Shown: positions 35,526 through 45,982, counted from the stretch's first letter. The stretch is 64,000 nucleotides of DNA from Proteobacteria bacterium UBA5122 (GCA_002415485.1 DHYU01000050.1:21519-85518); one strand, 5' to 3'. Numbers and translations are program-made. Notes: generated by a model not told the origin, from the letters alone.

Positions 35526-36839
35526 CTAGGCGTAGAAGTCGATTGCGCCGTTTAGGCCGTCGACACCTTCAACCACTGTATCGCGGCCACTGGCAATCTC
35601 ATGACCAGCCGAGCCAGATCGCTGATCATCACGACCACCATCTTGTGCCTGCTGTTGACGGCGATCTTTAAGCGATTGATCGGTCACCTGGGCATCTGCC
35701 AAGTTAAAGCCTTGGGCATTCAGCATTTCACGCAGTCGTGGCATAGAGCTATCTATGATATCTCGTACTGCGGCATGCTGAGAGCTGATCGTTACCCTGG
35801 CCTGATCATCATTGAGCTCTATCCTCACCTCGATAGGCCCCAAACGTTCAGGATTCAAACGTATTTCAGCAGTTTGCACCTTGTCGCGCACCATCCAGGT
35901 AATACGATTGGCAAAGGCATTCGACCAGCCAGGATCCTGAACGGGCAGTGGAATGGCGGTCGAAAGCGGCGCGGCTTGAGCCACAGCGACAATAGGTCTA
36001 GCCCCATTTATCAATGAAGATGCCGCCGTCATCCATGCCTGAGGCTGCTCGCCGCCGGATTGACGACCGCCGGAGTTACCCCCCAAATCCGTGCCGCCTC
36101 CCCCTTGACCTGTTTGAGCCATTTGATTCATTAAGGCGCTCATCTTAACCTGACGAATCACATCAGCTTCTTTCTTTTCTACTGTTTCAGCAACCTTGGG
36201 GCGCGCGATCATCTCTTCCGCCTGTTCTGTCGGCGAGGCATTCGCTAGCTCGGTCGCCAACGGCTTCGAACCCTTGGCTTCCAAGCCAAATTCAGCATTG
36301 AATGGCAATGGAACATCGGTACGTCCCTGAACACTCTGCGCGATAACCGCTGCCGCAGAGGCTGGCATATTCGCCGGTAAAGGCTTGAGCTCCGCTTGAG
36401 GAGAAATATACAGTTGATGTTGCTGCAGGAACCCGATAATTGCCTCTTCATCCCCTTCTTGTAACAGGGCCTGAAACTCCTGCAGCACTCCATCCAACTC
36501 AGGTGCGGCACTCACCGGCCCTAGCTCACCGGCCTGTAATTGAGCCAACAGATCTTTAAATATCTGCGGCAACTCATTGCTACCGTCTGCAAACAATTGC
36601 GGCAGCCCGCTGCCCCCTTCGGCAAACAGTTGCCCCAACAACTCGACAGGCATCGCACCTGGCGGCACAGGCAAACGTCCATTGGCCGTCAATGCCTGCC
36701 CGGCTGCCATATATTGAGACAAAAACAGACCACCACTAACCAGTTGATTACCCTCCATTTTTGGAGGAGCCACACTAAAGCCCACCTCTCCACTCTTAGG
36801 TGGATTCAGCGATAACAATGGAGAAAGTCCTGTGTTCAT
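35526..36839 (-). CDS. fliK: Flagellar hook-length control protein FliK
   Basis: 437 aa, A/Q/G/P-rich. C-terminal Flg_hook-type domain: AEIRLNPERLGPIEVRIELNDDQARVTISSQHAAVRDIIDSSMPRLREMLNAQGFNL. Confidence 0.85.
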   Translation of the reverse strand: MNTGLSPLLSLNPPKSGEVGFSVAPPKMEGNQLVSGGLFLSQYMAAGQALTANGRLPVPPGAMPVELLGQLFAEGGSGLPQLFADGSNELPQIFKDLLAQLQAGELGPVSAAPELDGVLQEFQALLQEGDEEAIIGFLQQHQLYISPQAELKPLPANMPASAAAVIAQSVQGRTDVPLPFNAEFGLEAKGSKPLATELANASPTEQAEEMIARPKVAETVEKKEADVIRQVKMSALMNQMAQTGQGGGGTDLGGNSGGRQSGGEQPQAWMTAASSLINGARPIVAVAQAAPLSTAIPLPVQDPGWSNAFANRITWMVRDKVQTAEIRLNPERLGPIEVRIELNDDQARVTISSQHAAVRDIIDSSMPRLREMLNAQGFNLADAQVTDQSLKDRRQQQAQDGGRDDQRSGSAGHEIASGRDTVVEGVDGLNGAIDFYA

Positions 36840-36873
36840 ATCACACCCTTGTTAGCAATCCAACTTAATATAG

Positions 36874-36888
36874 GCAAGTTTTATACCA
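36874..36888 (-). promoter_or_regulatory. sigma54 (-24/-12) promoter candidate for fliK
   Basis: The minus strand reads TGGTAT-AAAAC-TTGC with correct spacing, 35 nt upstream of the fliK ATG. Confidence 0.5.
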
Positions 36889-36946
36889 ACAATTGCAGGG
36901 TGAATACGAAGGGGGTATCAGCCCAGGATAGGAGACCAAGACGCAA

Positions 36947-36967
36947 CCCCCCGTAATATACGGGGGG
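36947..36967 (-). terminator. Hairpin terminator after the second che operon
   Basis: CCCCCCGTA, loop ATA, TACGGGGGG (9-bp stem), lying 6 nt after the cheB2 stop. The downstream T tract is weak (TTGCGTCTT). Confidence 0.55.
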
Positions 36968-36972
36968 ACCAA

Positions 36973-38040
36973 CTAGTCCTGGATTAGTTTTAAAATATGA
37001 TCGGAAACCTTATTCAGGGGGACAATGTGGTCAACCCCACCACGGGCAACGGCCTCACCCGGCATTCCCCAAACCACACTGGTCTTTTCATCCTGCGCAA
37101 TGGTCTTGGCCCCGGCATCATGCATTTCTTTCAGGCCATCTGCACCATCGGCCCCCATCCCCGTCAGAATAACACCTGTCGCATTAGGCCCGGCACTTTG
37201 AGCCACCGAACGAAACAACACGTCTACTGATGGACGATGCCGATTGACTGGAGGGCCATCACTCAATTTACACACATAACGGGCACCATCACGCACAACC
37301 AGCAAATGAGCACATCCGGGGGCTATGTACGCATGCCCTGGCAAAATTTGCTGCCCATCTCTCGCCTCACAGACTGACAGCGCTGTATTTTTATCCATGC
37401 GCGCAGCAAATGGCGCGCTAAAAGCTTCAGGAATATGCTGCGCAATTACTATGCCGGGCGTATCAGGCGGCAATCCCATCAACACATCCTTAATCGCCTC
37501 CGTTCCCCCTGTAGATGCACCAATCGCAATCAGTTTGTCTGTCGTCTTGTAATGACGAGTTGTGGATTTGCTGATCACTGCATCGGCAGAAAATTTGGGC
37601 TTGGCTTTTAACGATGACCCGGATAAATTCGCCAATGCTGCCGGCTTAACATTGGCTGCAACGCGAATCTTAGCAATCAATTCTTCCCGATATTCATTTA
37701 GACCATACTGCAAATCAATCTTGGGTTTTGTCACAAAATCAATTGCCCCAAGCTCAAGTGCTTGCAGTGTAACATCAGCACCTTGCTCAGTCAGGGAGGA
37801 CACCATTACAACTGGCATTGGCCGCAGCCGCATCAAATTACGCAGGAAGGTCAACCCATCCATGCGTGGCATCTCTACATCCAGAGTTAAAACATCAGGA
37901 TTAAGTTGTTTGATTTTGTCACGAGCAATTAATGGATCCTGCGCTACGCCAACAACTTCGATATCGCCAGCGCTCTGCAAGATCTCCGTCAGCATCTGTC
38001 TTACGAGTGCTGAATCGTCAACTATAAGTACTTTGATCAT
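36973..38040 (-). CDS. cheB: Chemotaxis methylesterase CheB (cluster 2)
   Basis: 355 aa. REC ([23 protein letters not shown]) plus esterase (GASTGG, AQHIP, GMGADG). Confidence 0.95.
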   Translation of the reverse strand: MIKVLIVDDSALVRQMLTEILQSAGDIEVVGVAQDPLIARDKIKQLNPDVLTLDVEMPRMDGLTFLRNLMRLRPMPVVMVSSLTEQGADVTLQALELGAIDFVTKPKIDLQYGLNEYREELIAKIRVAANVKPAALANLSGSSLKAKPKFSADAVISKSTTRHYKTTDKLIAIGASTGGTEAIKDVLMGLPPDTPGIVIAQHIPEAFSAPFAARMDKNTALSVCEARDGQQILPGHAYIAPGCAHLLVVRDGARYVCKLSDGPPVNRHRPSVDVLFRSVAQSAGPNATGVILTGMGADGADGLKEMHDAGAKTIAQDEKTSVVWGMPGEAVARGGVDHIVPLNKVSDHILKLIQD

Positions 38041-38051
38041 GCTATCTACAC

Positions 38052-38669
38052 CTAAAACAAATCAATTTCGCCTTCGATAGGCTTAGACTCCAAGGTATCC
38101 AAGTAACGAGTCTCGCGTTCGATAATCGTATTATTGTGCAATGATCTTAGTTTCTTCATACGGACCTTACCCGACATAGGGTAATACTGAACCTTCCTAG
38201 GATAGATATCACCCACATCTTCGGCGATTAGTTTTAGACCTTCCATTCGAATAAATTCATGCACAAACTGAATATTCTTACTGCCAATATTGGTCATTTT
38301 CTCGAGAATCTTACCACCACCAAATATTTTGATCTCAAGATTTTCACGGCGCCCACCATGCTTCAGTATCGAGTTGATCAATGCCTCCATCGCATAGTTG
38401 CCATACCGTGTCGCCATGCTTCCCCATGCAGAGTTGGCATCATGCTGTCTTTCGGGCTGACTAGCCGGGAGCATAAAGTGATTCATGCCACCGATGCTAA
38501 ACACCCTGTCTCTGACGCAAGCGGACACACAAGAGCCCAATACAGTAACAATTACTTCATCATAGGTAGTAACATAAAACTCACCCGGCAAAATCTTGGC
38601 CGCATTTATTTCCTGAGCCTTATCCCAATATCTGTTTATATTCTCAAATCCGGGGAGCACAGGCTTCAT
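38052..38669 (-). CDS. cheD: Chemoreceptor glutamine deamidase CheD
   Basis: [10 protein letters not shown] and the catalytic-Cys motif [11 protein letters not shown]. Start chosen at the ATG at 38669, preceded by GGAG. The track start at 38714 is a TTG overlapping the cheR stop and cannot be excluded. Confidence 0.85.
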   Translation of the reverse strand: MKPVLPGFENINRYWDKAQEINAAKILPGEFYVTTYDEVIVTVLGSCVSACVRDRVFSIGGMNHFMLPASQPERQHDANSAWGSMATRYGNYAMEALINSILKHGGRRENLEIKIFGGGKILEKMTNIGSKNIQFVHEFIRMEGLKLIAEDVGDIYPRKVQYYPMSGKVRMKKLRSLHNNTIIERETRYLDTLESKPIEGEIDLF

Positions 38670-38710
38670 ATCAACTCCACGCATCCTATGCGATGAATGC
38701 ATTGGCCACC

Positions 38711-39541
38711 TCAATGAGTTTTTCGATAAATTGTCTGCCCCAACAGGCTAAATCTATCAGACACTTTATAAAGCGTTTCGGAGTGCCCAACAAACAAATG
38801 GCCATCATCTCGAAGCGCATTAGCATATCGATCAAACAAAATCTTCTGGGTAGGCTTGTCAAAATAAATCACCACATTTCGACAAAAAATTAGGTCCATT
38901 TTATTCTTAATTGGCCACTCCCCCATCAAATTCAATTGACGAAAGGTAATCATATCCCTTAACTCCTGGGACACTCTCACTTTACCCTGAGAACCACCTT
39001 TGCCACGTAAAAACCATTTCTTAACAACAGAGGCGGGCACTCCCTTAATACGATCTTCTGTATAAACACCACTCTGCCCAGTTGCCAATACATTGGTATC
39101 CAAGTCAGTTGCCAATATTTTCACATCCCATCCCGACGATTCGGAGATGACCTCTCGCACAGTCATTGCGATGCTATATGGCTCCTCCCCTGTCGAACAT
39201 CCCGCTGACCAGATGCGAATCTTCCTGGTGGCCTGGTTCTGCTTCATCAAATTAGGTAATAAGGTTGTCTTTAAGAACTGAAAATGGTGATCCTCTCTAA
39301 AGAATGCAGTCAGGTTCGTCGTCACCGAATTGATAAAGTTACCAATCTCAGGATTCGACGAATCCTCGAGCATGGAACAATATTTTTTGAAATCAGCCAC
39401 ACCAAGCTGTCTCAAGCGTCTAGCAAGGCGACTATACACCATATCACGTTTGCCTTCGCTTAAACTGATTCCAGTATGCTCACGAACCAGGACTCTGATT
39501 TTTTCAAAATCACTGTCGCTTAATTCAAACTCCTTAGACAT
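38711..39541 (-). CDS. cheR: Chemotaxis methyltransferase CheR (cluster 2)
   Basis: 276 aa with an N-terminal helical domain and a SAM-binding fold (RIWSAGCSTGEEPYSIAM, IFCRNVVIYFD). Confidence 0.95.
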   Translation of the reverse strand: MSKEFELSDSDFEKIRVLVREHTGISLSEGKRDMVYSRLARRLRQLGVADFKKYCSMLEDSSNPEIGNFINSVTTNLTAFFREDHHFQFLKTTLLPNLMKQNQATRKIRIWSAGCSTGEEPYSIAMTVREVISESSGWDVKILATDLDTNVLATGQSGVYTEDRIKGVPASVVKKWFLRGKGGSQGKVRVSQELRDMITFRQLNLMGEWPIKNKMDLIFCRNVVIYFDKPTQKILFDRYANALRDDGHLFVGHSETLYKVSDRFSLLGQTIYRKTH

Positions 39542-39576
39542 CGTATTTACCCGTCCTAAACTAGAACATTAAAGGC

Positions 39577-42339
39577 CTAGAATTCTTCCCATTCACCGCC
39601 ATCGGCATCATTCGAACGACCGGCACTTGGCTTCCTAGGGGCAGCTGTTTTCCGCGCAGGGGCTGGGCGTGAAGCTGGCGCGGATGGAGCAGCTGTGCGA
39701 CGGGCTGGCTGGCGAGCGTTATGATTATCAACACCCACATTGAAAAACTCCATCATCGTCAGCATGCCTTTCGCCTGTTCATCCATGGACTCACTCGCAG
39801 CAGCTGCCTCTTCCACCAACGCAGCATTCTGTTGTGTCACCTCATCCATCGACATCACAGCTTTATTAACTTGCTCGATACCTGCAGATTGCTCCTGACT
39901 TGCAGCGGCAATCTCAGCAATAATATCGCTAACCTTTTTAACCGAATTCACAATTTCTTCCAGAGTATCACCTGATTCATTCACCAGACGAGAGCCCTCT
40001 TCGACCTTTTCTACGCTATCTTTTATCAGCGTTTTAATCTCTTTGGCGGCTGAAGCACTACGCTGCGCCAGACTTCTCACTTCAGACGCAACAACCGCAA
40101 AACCTCTTCCTTGCTCTCCTGCACGTGCTGCCTCCACGGCCGCATTTAGTGCCAACAAATTAGTTTGGAAGGCGATCTCATCAATAACACCGATGATGTC
40201 GGCAATTTTCTTGCTCGCCGCATTGATCTCGGCCATGGCTGATACTGCATTACCAACAACATCACCACCTTTCTCGGCTTGCTGACGGGCACTGGATGCC
40301 AATTGGTTTGCCTGTCTTGCATTGTCAGCATTCTGTTTCACGGTACCTGTTAGCTGCTCCATGCTAGATGCAGTCTCTTCCAGGGAAGATGCCTGCTCTT
40401 CGGTCCGCTGACTCAAGTCAGAATTACCCTGCGCGATCTCTGAAGATGAGGTTTGAATATTTTCGGATGTTTCTCTGATCTTGATTACCATGTCCTTCAA
40501 ATTGGCCATCGACGAATTGATAGCGTCTTTAAGGACACCAAACTCACCTCCATAATCATTAACAACACTATTGGTCAGATCACCATCAGATAGGCTCTTG
40601 ATGACTGTAATCCCTTCACGCAGAGGAGCAACCATCGAGTCAATGAGATTATTCACAGACTCAGACAAACCACGCATAAAACCTTCGTATCGACTTGAAT
40701 CGATACGCTTATCAAGATCACCTTGAGATGCAGCCTTAATCAGCTCACGCACTTGAGATTCAGCATCTTTTTGTTCGGTAATGTCTTTCCACTCAACCAT
40801 ATTCCCCATGTAATTTCCTTTGGAGTCAGTGATCGCAGTGGCATTAACTTCAAACTCTAGATCCAGGAGCTTGATCTCTGCCTTGGCAGGCAAGCGAGAT
40901 AGATCAGATAATAATGAGCGTTGATGTGCAGGATTCTTGTGGAACTGGTCAATATTCTGGCCAACCAACTTATCTGGATCCAACCTTGGAAACACCTTGC
41001 GTAGTTCACTTATACGGCGACGCAACAACTCAACAACAGATGAGTTCACATAGGTGATATTTAAATCTTCATCACACAGCATCAATGCGCTAGTAGAGCT
41101 ATCAACAGCAGACTTCAGTCGTGACACCTCCATCTCCCGGGCTCTTTGCTCGGTCACATCTGCCCACTCCAAAGAGTTACCGATATACTCTCCAGCCATG
41201 TCAAACAGGGCGCACACATTAATATTAAATATTAAAGGTCCTACCTTGATATCTGTGCTGTACGGCAAATTAGATGGATCGGCTAACAGTTTACGCTGAT
41301 GGCTCGGGTTCTTATGAAAGATATCTATACATGTCCCCAGTGCCGAAGAAACACTAAAGCCTGGATATAACTGTCTCAGGGTACTTTCATTTTTCGTGAG
41401 CAACTCAATGGTGGCCGTGTTGGCATAGGTGATCACCAAGTCTCTATCGATCATCATGACCGGAGTCATTGAGTTTTGCACTGCTGCCTGCAGCCGAACC
41501 ACCTCGTTTTCTTTCTGACGCAACTCTGTTACATCGGACCACTCCAAGGTATTCCCAATGTAATTACCGGCATCATCAAGCATCGCGGTAATATTCAATT
41601 GGAATGTCAGCGGCCCTACTTTGATATCTGTTTTGTAGGGAAAATTTGCCTGATTAGCCAATATTTTTCTCTGGTGAGAGGGGTTTTTATGGAATTGATC
41701 GATACACTCTCCAAGCAGATCCTTTGGATTCAGCCCTGGGAATATAGATCTTAGTACATCTACGTTTTTGCTTAACAAATCCACCGTTGCTTGATTGGCA
41801 TATGTAATCTTAAGATCCCTATCGATCATCATAATCGCAGTCATGGACCCAGACACAGCTGAACGCAACTCCAACACCTGTTTCTTCAGCGATTCATAGT
41901 CCGTTTTTTCAACCTGAATCATATTTGCGCTCATGTTTGTTTGCTCCTTGTGCACTGGGTTTGTATTTGATTTATTGATTATTTCTAATAAGTATTGTGT
42001 CAACTCATCAGCACTATGCTGCATCGACCCCTTATTAGTCTCGGCTGAAAACTTTATTAACTCAGCTTTTATTTTGTGAACAATTGTCTCGTCTAGATGC
42101 AGCCTGTTCAACCACGCTTCATCCAGTTTTTCACCCTGCCCCCCGGACGCTGATGCATCTAAGGCGCTCGAGACAAAATGACAGAAATTAAATACCTGGT
42201 AATTTGAAATGGGTGGCGAAAAACCAAACTCCGTTGGTGCTGAGAGAATTTCATCGAACAAATAATGCTCAAACTCAGATATCACGGACTTATCCAGCGC
42301 TGCCGTGCCGCGCTGTTTGCTATTCGTGCTCATTGCCAC
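39577..42339 (-). CDS. Soluble methyl-accepting chemotaxis protein: unknown N-domain, three tandem PAS modules, HAMP, MA domain, C-terminal EWEEF pentapeptide
   Basis: 920 aa with no hydrophobic TM stretch. The highly conserved signalling hairpin [38 protein letters not shown] is present. It ends in ...GGEWEEF after a P/A/R-rich tether. Confidence 0.9.
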   Translation of the reverse strand: MAMSTNSKQRGTAALDKSVISEFEHYLFDEILSAPTEFGFSPPISNYQVFNFCHFVSSALDASASGGQGEKLDEAWLNRLHLDETIVHKIKAELIKFSAETNKGSMQHSADELTQYLLEIINKSNTNPVHKEQTNMSANMIQVEKTDYESLKKQVLELRSAVSGSMTAIMMIDRDLKITYANQATVDLLSKNVDVLRSIFPGLNPKDLLGECIDQFHKNPSHQRKILANQANFPYKTDIKVGPLTFQLNITAMLDDAGNYIGNTLEWSDVTELRQKENEVVRLQAAVQNSMTPVMMIDRDLVITYANTATIELLTKNESTLRQLYPGFSVSSALGTCIDIFHKNPSHQRKLLADPSNLPYSTDIKVGPLIFNINVCALFDMAGEYIGNSLEWADVTEQRAREMEVSRLKSAVDSSTSALMLCDEDLNITYVNSSVVELLRRRISELRKVFPRLDPDKLVGQNIDQFHKNPAHQRSLLSDLSRLPAKAEIKLLDLEFEVNATAITDSKGNYMGNMVEWKDITEQKDAESQVRELIKAASQGDLDKRIDSSRYEGFMRGLSESVNNLIDSMVAPLREGITVIKSLSDGDLTNSVVNDYGGEFGVLKDAINSSMANLKDMVIKIRETSENIQTSSSEIAQGNSDLSQRTEEQASSLEETASSMEQLTGTVKQNADNARQANQLASSARQQAEKGGDVVGNAVSAMAEINAASKKIADIIGVIDEIAFQTNLLALNAAVEAARAGEQGRGFAVVASEVRSLAQRSASAAKEIKTLIKDSVEKVEEGSRLVNESGDTLEEIVNSVKKVSDIIAEIAAASQEQSAGIEQVNKAVMSMDEVTQQNAALVEEAAAASESMDEQAKGMLTMMEFFNVGVDNHNARQPARRTAAPSAPASRPAPARKTAAPRKPSAGRSNDADGGEWEEF
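40765..41892 (-). repeat. Three tandem ~124-aa PAS-like modules inside the MCP gene
   Basis: Modules start at about aa 165, 289 and 413. Each contains (I/L)xITYAN, IDxFHKNP(S/A)HQR, a (T/A)(D/E)IK segment (TDIKVGPL in modules 1-2, AEIKLLDL in module 3) and G(N/E)Y(I/M)GN..EW.D(V/I)TE. Confidence 0.85.
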
Positions 42340-42508
42340 CCCCAGCAGTGATTCCCCATTAATAAACGGGAATTAAATTTTATGGTGATTGTTTTTATGG
42401 CTGTATACGAGCCAAGATGAAAAGCTGTTGTGCGCTCAACAAACCCGTACATTACGACCATCGATCGTACGCACAAACTGACATTCTGCCAGCATTGGCT
42501 GCATACCA

Positions 42509-43024
42509 TTAATCACGGACTAAACGCCCAGCTTCAGCGACAATGCTACTATTCAGCAAATGATCTATATCCAACACAATGATCATCTTTTCATCGATCG
42601 TCGCCAAGCCTTTAACAAAATCTGTACTTATTGCTTGACCAAAATCAGGGGCCGCTTTCAGTGCATCTTCATTGATATTGTAAACTTCTGAAACTGCATC
42701 CACGACGATCCCCATTGTGCGCTCGCCCTTCTCGCCCTTAATTTTGAGGACGATTACAACAGTCGTTGGGCCATACGCAATCGCCTCCAGCCTGAATCGC
42801 TCGCGCAAATCAAAGATCGGGACAATCGTTCCACGCAAGTTGATCACACCTTTGATATACGCTGGTGTATTTGGGATAGGCGTTACTTGATCCCAGCCCT
42901 TGATCTCCTGCACTCGCAGGATATCCACGCCGTACTCTTCGCCGGCCAACATAAAGGTCAGATACTGGTTACCTTCGCCATTCATTCCCAAGACTTCATT
43001 ATCCATTCTGTGCACCGTATTCAT
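42509..43024 (-). CDS. cheW: CheW (cluster 2)
   Basis: 171 aa with a single CheW domain (YLTFMLAGEEYGVDILRVQEI...INLRGTIVPI). Confidence 0.9.
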   Translation of the reverse strand: MNTVHRMDNEVLGMNGEGNQYLTFMLAGEEYGVDILRVQEIKGWDQVTPIPNTPAYIKGVINLRGTIVPIFDLRERFRLEAIAYGPTTVVIVLKIKGEKGERTMGIVVDAVSEVYNINEDALKAAPDFGQAISTDFVKGLATIDEKMIIVLDIDHLLNSSIVAEAGRLVRD

Positions 43025-43033
43025 AGTTATCTC

Positions 43034-45172
43034 CTAGGCTGCTGCCGAAGCTGCTGCCCGTTTTTTGATGCGTTCTTTGGATAGCTTTACCAATCCTGGG
43101 ATATCTAGGATCAACGCAACTGTACCATCCCCAAGAATTGTCGCACCCGACAGGCCATCTACCCGCTTGAAATTTGATTCCAGGCTCTTGATCACTACTT
43201 GTTGCTGACCCAATAGATCGTCAACAAAAATGCCAGCCAACTGACCATCCCCCTCAACGACTACCAGCAGTCCATTGATCAACTCTTTATTGTCACACTT
43301 GGTATTAAATACCTTATGCAGCCGCAGGATAGGCACATACTCATCGCGCAGTCTATAAAGCTCAGAATCAGAAGCAATAGACTTCACATTCTCTTTGCGG
43401 ATTTGCAGAGATTCGATAATAGAGACTAGCGGGACAATGTATGTTTGATCGCCCAAACGTACCAACTGGCCATCAAGAATAGCCAATGTCAAAGGAAGGC
43501 GGATGGTAAATCTCGACCCTTTTCCGGGTATTGAAAGCACCTCGATCGCACCACTCAAGTCCTTAATATTCTTCTTCACCACATCCATGCCGACGCCCCG
43601 GCCAGACACGTCACTGATCTGATCTGCGGTTGAAAATCCTGGATAAAAAATGAGCTCATTAACCTTTTCTGCGGACAACTCATCACCCGCGTTTATCAGC
43701 CCTTTTTCAATTGCTTTGTTCTTGATCTTCTCTGTATTCAGACCAGCACCATCATCACTAATTTCGATGACAATATTACCGCCTTGGTGATAGGCATTCA
43801 GATGAAGCGTAGCGACTGCAGGTTTGCCAAGAGATGCACGCACTTCAGGTTTTTCAATGCCATGATCCAATGCATTGCGTACAAGATGGACTAATGGATC
43901 ACCGATCTTTTCCATAACTGTTTTATCAAGCTCGGTGTTCTCGCCCGAGAGCTTGAGTTCAACGTTCTTACCCATTTTTTGACTTAAATCGTGCACCAGC
44001 CTGGGAAAACGATTAAATGCAAAACTGATAGGCAACATACGAATACGCATTACATTTTCTTGTAATTCACGCGTATGATGCTCCAACTCGGCCAACCCTT
44101 CCTGTAGGCGCTGGACCTTATCCATCGTAAAGTCTTCGCCTAGTTGATTGAGCATCGACTGGGTAATAACAAGCTCGCCGACCATATTGATCAACGCATC
44201 TACCTTATCAATCCCGACACGAATCGAACCCGATTCAGTACTGGGGGGCGCTGCTTTTCTCGCAACGGCGGATTTTTCTTCAGTTTTTGGTGGAGCGATT
44301 GGTGGAGCTTCTTTGGGTTGAGCTGCTGCGACAGCCGCAGCTTTAGCAACAGGTGCTGGCGCTGCCGGCGCAGTCGTTTTACTAGCAGGTGCCGCTACCG
44401 GGGCAACCGCCACTGTTTCTACTGTTGTTGCCTTTTGCTCACCACCGATAATGGTTAATTCCAACTCACAATCATCATCCACCCAAGCGAATACATCACG
44501 AATTTGGGCCTCATCGGCATCGCCAATATATTCAATCTCCCACGACAGAAAACAGTCTTCAGGATCAATATCGGCAAATGAAGGTAGCCCACTATCATTC
44601 ACCTTGACCTGGATGGTGCCCAGATCGGACAATTCTTCGAATAAACGAACAGGATCATTCCCTGTCTTGAACAGATGAGAAAGCGGTTTAAAACGAATGT
44701 GCCATCCTGAACCAACCATAACTTCCGGATGATCCGACAAAGAGGTGTGATCAACACCAGAAACATCATTGTCTGGCTCCTCTCCACCTTTCAACAATCG
44801 TTCTAATTGCTGCTGTACTTCGGCCGCGTGCTCTGCATCAATATCTTGGCCCGTCTTTAGGGCATTCAGCATTTCGCGCAACACATCCACCGAGGTCAGC
44901 ATCAAATCTACCGCAGGCTGGGTGACATTGCGCTTTCCATCACGCATTTCATCCAGCAAGGTTTCCAATACGTGTGTAAAACTGGCGACAGCATTCAAGC
45001 CAAACGTGCCACTGCCTCCCTTTATCGAATGGGCTGCACGAAATATTGTGTTAATACTGTCTTGATCAGCGGCACCTACATCAAGCTCCAGGAGCTCGCT
45101 TTCCATGATGTCGAGTCCTTCAAAACTCTCCTCATAGAAAGTGTCGAGAAACTGACTGACATCAATACTCAT
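43034..45172 (-). CDS. cheA: Chemotaxis histidine kinase CheA (cluster 2)
   Basis: 712 aa. HPt FRAAHSIKGGSGTFG, dimerisation domain, HATPase (DDGAGL, GRGVGMDVV) and a CheW-like C-terminus. Confidence 0.95.
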   Translation of the reverse strand: MSIDVSQFLDTFYEESFEGLDIMESELLELDVGAADQDSINTIFRAAHSIKGGSGTFGLNAVASFTHVLETLLDEMRDGKRNVTQPAVDLMLTSVDVLREMLNALKTGQDIDAEHAAEVQQQLERLLKGGEEPDNDVSGVDHTSLSDHPEVMVGSGWHIRFKPLSHLFKTGNDPVRLFEELSDLGTIQVKVNDSGLPSFADIDPEDCFLSWEIEYIGDADEAQIRDVFAWVDDDCELELTIIGGEQKATTVETVAVAPVAAPASKTTAPAAPAPVAKAAAVAAAQPKEAPPIAPPKTEEKSAVARKAAPPSTESGSIRVGIDKVDALINMVGELVITQSMLNQLGEDFTMDKVQRLQEGLAELEHHTRELQENVMRIRMLPISFAFNRFPRLVHDLSQKMGKNVELKLSGENTELDKTVMEKIGDPLVHLVRNALDHGIEKPEVRASLGKPAVATLHLNAYHQGGNIVIEISDDGAGLNTEKIKNKAIEKGLINAGDELSAEKVNELIFYPGFSTADQISDVSGRGVGMDVVKKNIKDLSGAIEVLSIPGKGSRFTIRLPLTLAILDGQLVRLGDQTYIVPLVSIIESLQIRKENVKSIASDSELYRLRDEYVPILRLHKVFNTKCDNKELINGLLVVVEGDGQLAGIFVDDLLGQQQVVIKSLESNFKRVDGLSGATILGDGTVALILDIPGLVKLSKERIKKRAAASAAA

Positions 45173-45176
45173 GGGA

Positions 45177-45539
45177 TTACCTCAATACTTTTTTGATAGT
45201 GGCGAGTAATTGATCCGGGTTGAATGGTTTGACAATCCATCCCGTAGCCCCCGCAGCCTTGCCTTCTGCCTTTTTATCCGAACCTGATTCAGTCGTCAGC
45301 ATCAACATAGGTGTAAACCGGAAATTGGGTAACGCACGCAGCTCGCGAATCAGGGATATACCATCCATATTTGGCATGTTGACGTCGGTGATTACCAAGT
45401 CAACCTTATTGCTTTTAGCCTTTGATAGGGCATCAACCCCATCTACAGCATCTACCACCGTATAACCGGCACCTTTTAATGTAAATACCACCATTTGACG
45501 CATGGACGCTGAATCATCTACTGCAAGTATCGTCGGCAT
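45177..45539 (-). CDS. cheY: CheY-like response regulator (cluster 2)
   Basis: 120 aa stand-alone REC domain (ILAVDDSASMRQ, DVNMPNMDG, VKPF). Confidence 0.9.
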   Translation of the reverse strand: MPTILAVDDSASMRQMVVFTLKGAGYTVVDAVDGVDALSKAKSNKVDLVITDVNMPNMDGISLIRELRALPNFRFTPMLMLTTESGSDKKAEGKAAGATGWIVKPFNPDQLLATIKKVLR

Positions 45540-45590
45540 GTTGCTTCCCCCGTTATACCTAATGCTACTCAGGTATTACCTGTGTCCTAA

Positions 45591-45899
45591 CTATAAACCC
45601 ATGGCTTCCGTTACGCCGCTCAGTCTCGCGGCATTGCATACCGTATCCGATGGCGCACGCCAAGATACGGAAAATCCCGCATCTTTAGCATGTATAAAAA
45701 AAGAGTAAATCAGCTGCAGAGCCGCAGCATCAATTCGTTCAATGCGGGATCCGTCCAGTACAACCGGCATATTCTGCTCGGCCGCCTGGGCAAGCAAAGC
45801 TTTGAAGTCTGTCAGAACAGAAACATCCAGCGAATCCTCACACTCGATCAATGTTTCTGATGATATATCCCCGTTGTCCATTAATTTCGATCCTTCCAT
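45591..45899 (-). CDS. STAS-domain protein (anti-sigma-factor-antagonist-like), first gene of the second che operon
   Basis: 102 aa. Its size and pattern (VVLDGSRIERIDAAALQLI) fit the SpoIIAA/STAS fold. I see no obvious DSxG phospho-serine motif. Confidence 0.6.
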   Translation of the reverse strand: MEGSKLMDNGDISSETLIECEDSLDVSVLTDFKALLAQAAEQNMPVVLDGSRIERIDAAALQLIYSFFIHAKDAGFSVSWRAPSDTVCNAARLSGVTEAMGL

Positions 45900-45955
45900 A
45901 TCCGTAGGTTGATCGTTTGTCCTGTAGGCAATGTACCCGCTCCTTACAAGACGTT

Positions 45956-45982
45956 TTAGCGGCAGTCATTAACAACACTTTA
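45956..45982 (-). promoter_or_regulatory. sigma28 (FliA)-type promoter candidate upstream of the STAS-che2 operon
   Basis: The minus strand reads TAAA-GTGTTGTTAATGACT-GCCGCTAA. The consensus is TAAA-N15-GCCGATAA, so this has exact spacing and one mismatch in the -10. It lies about 55 nt upstream of the STAS ATG. Confidence 0.55.
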
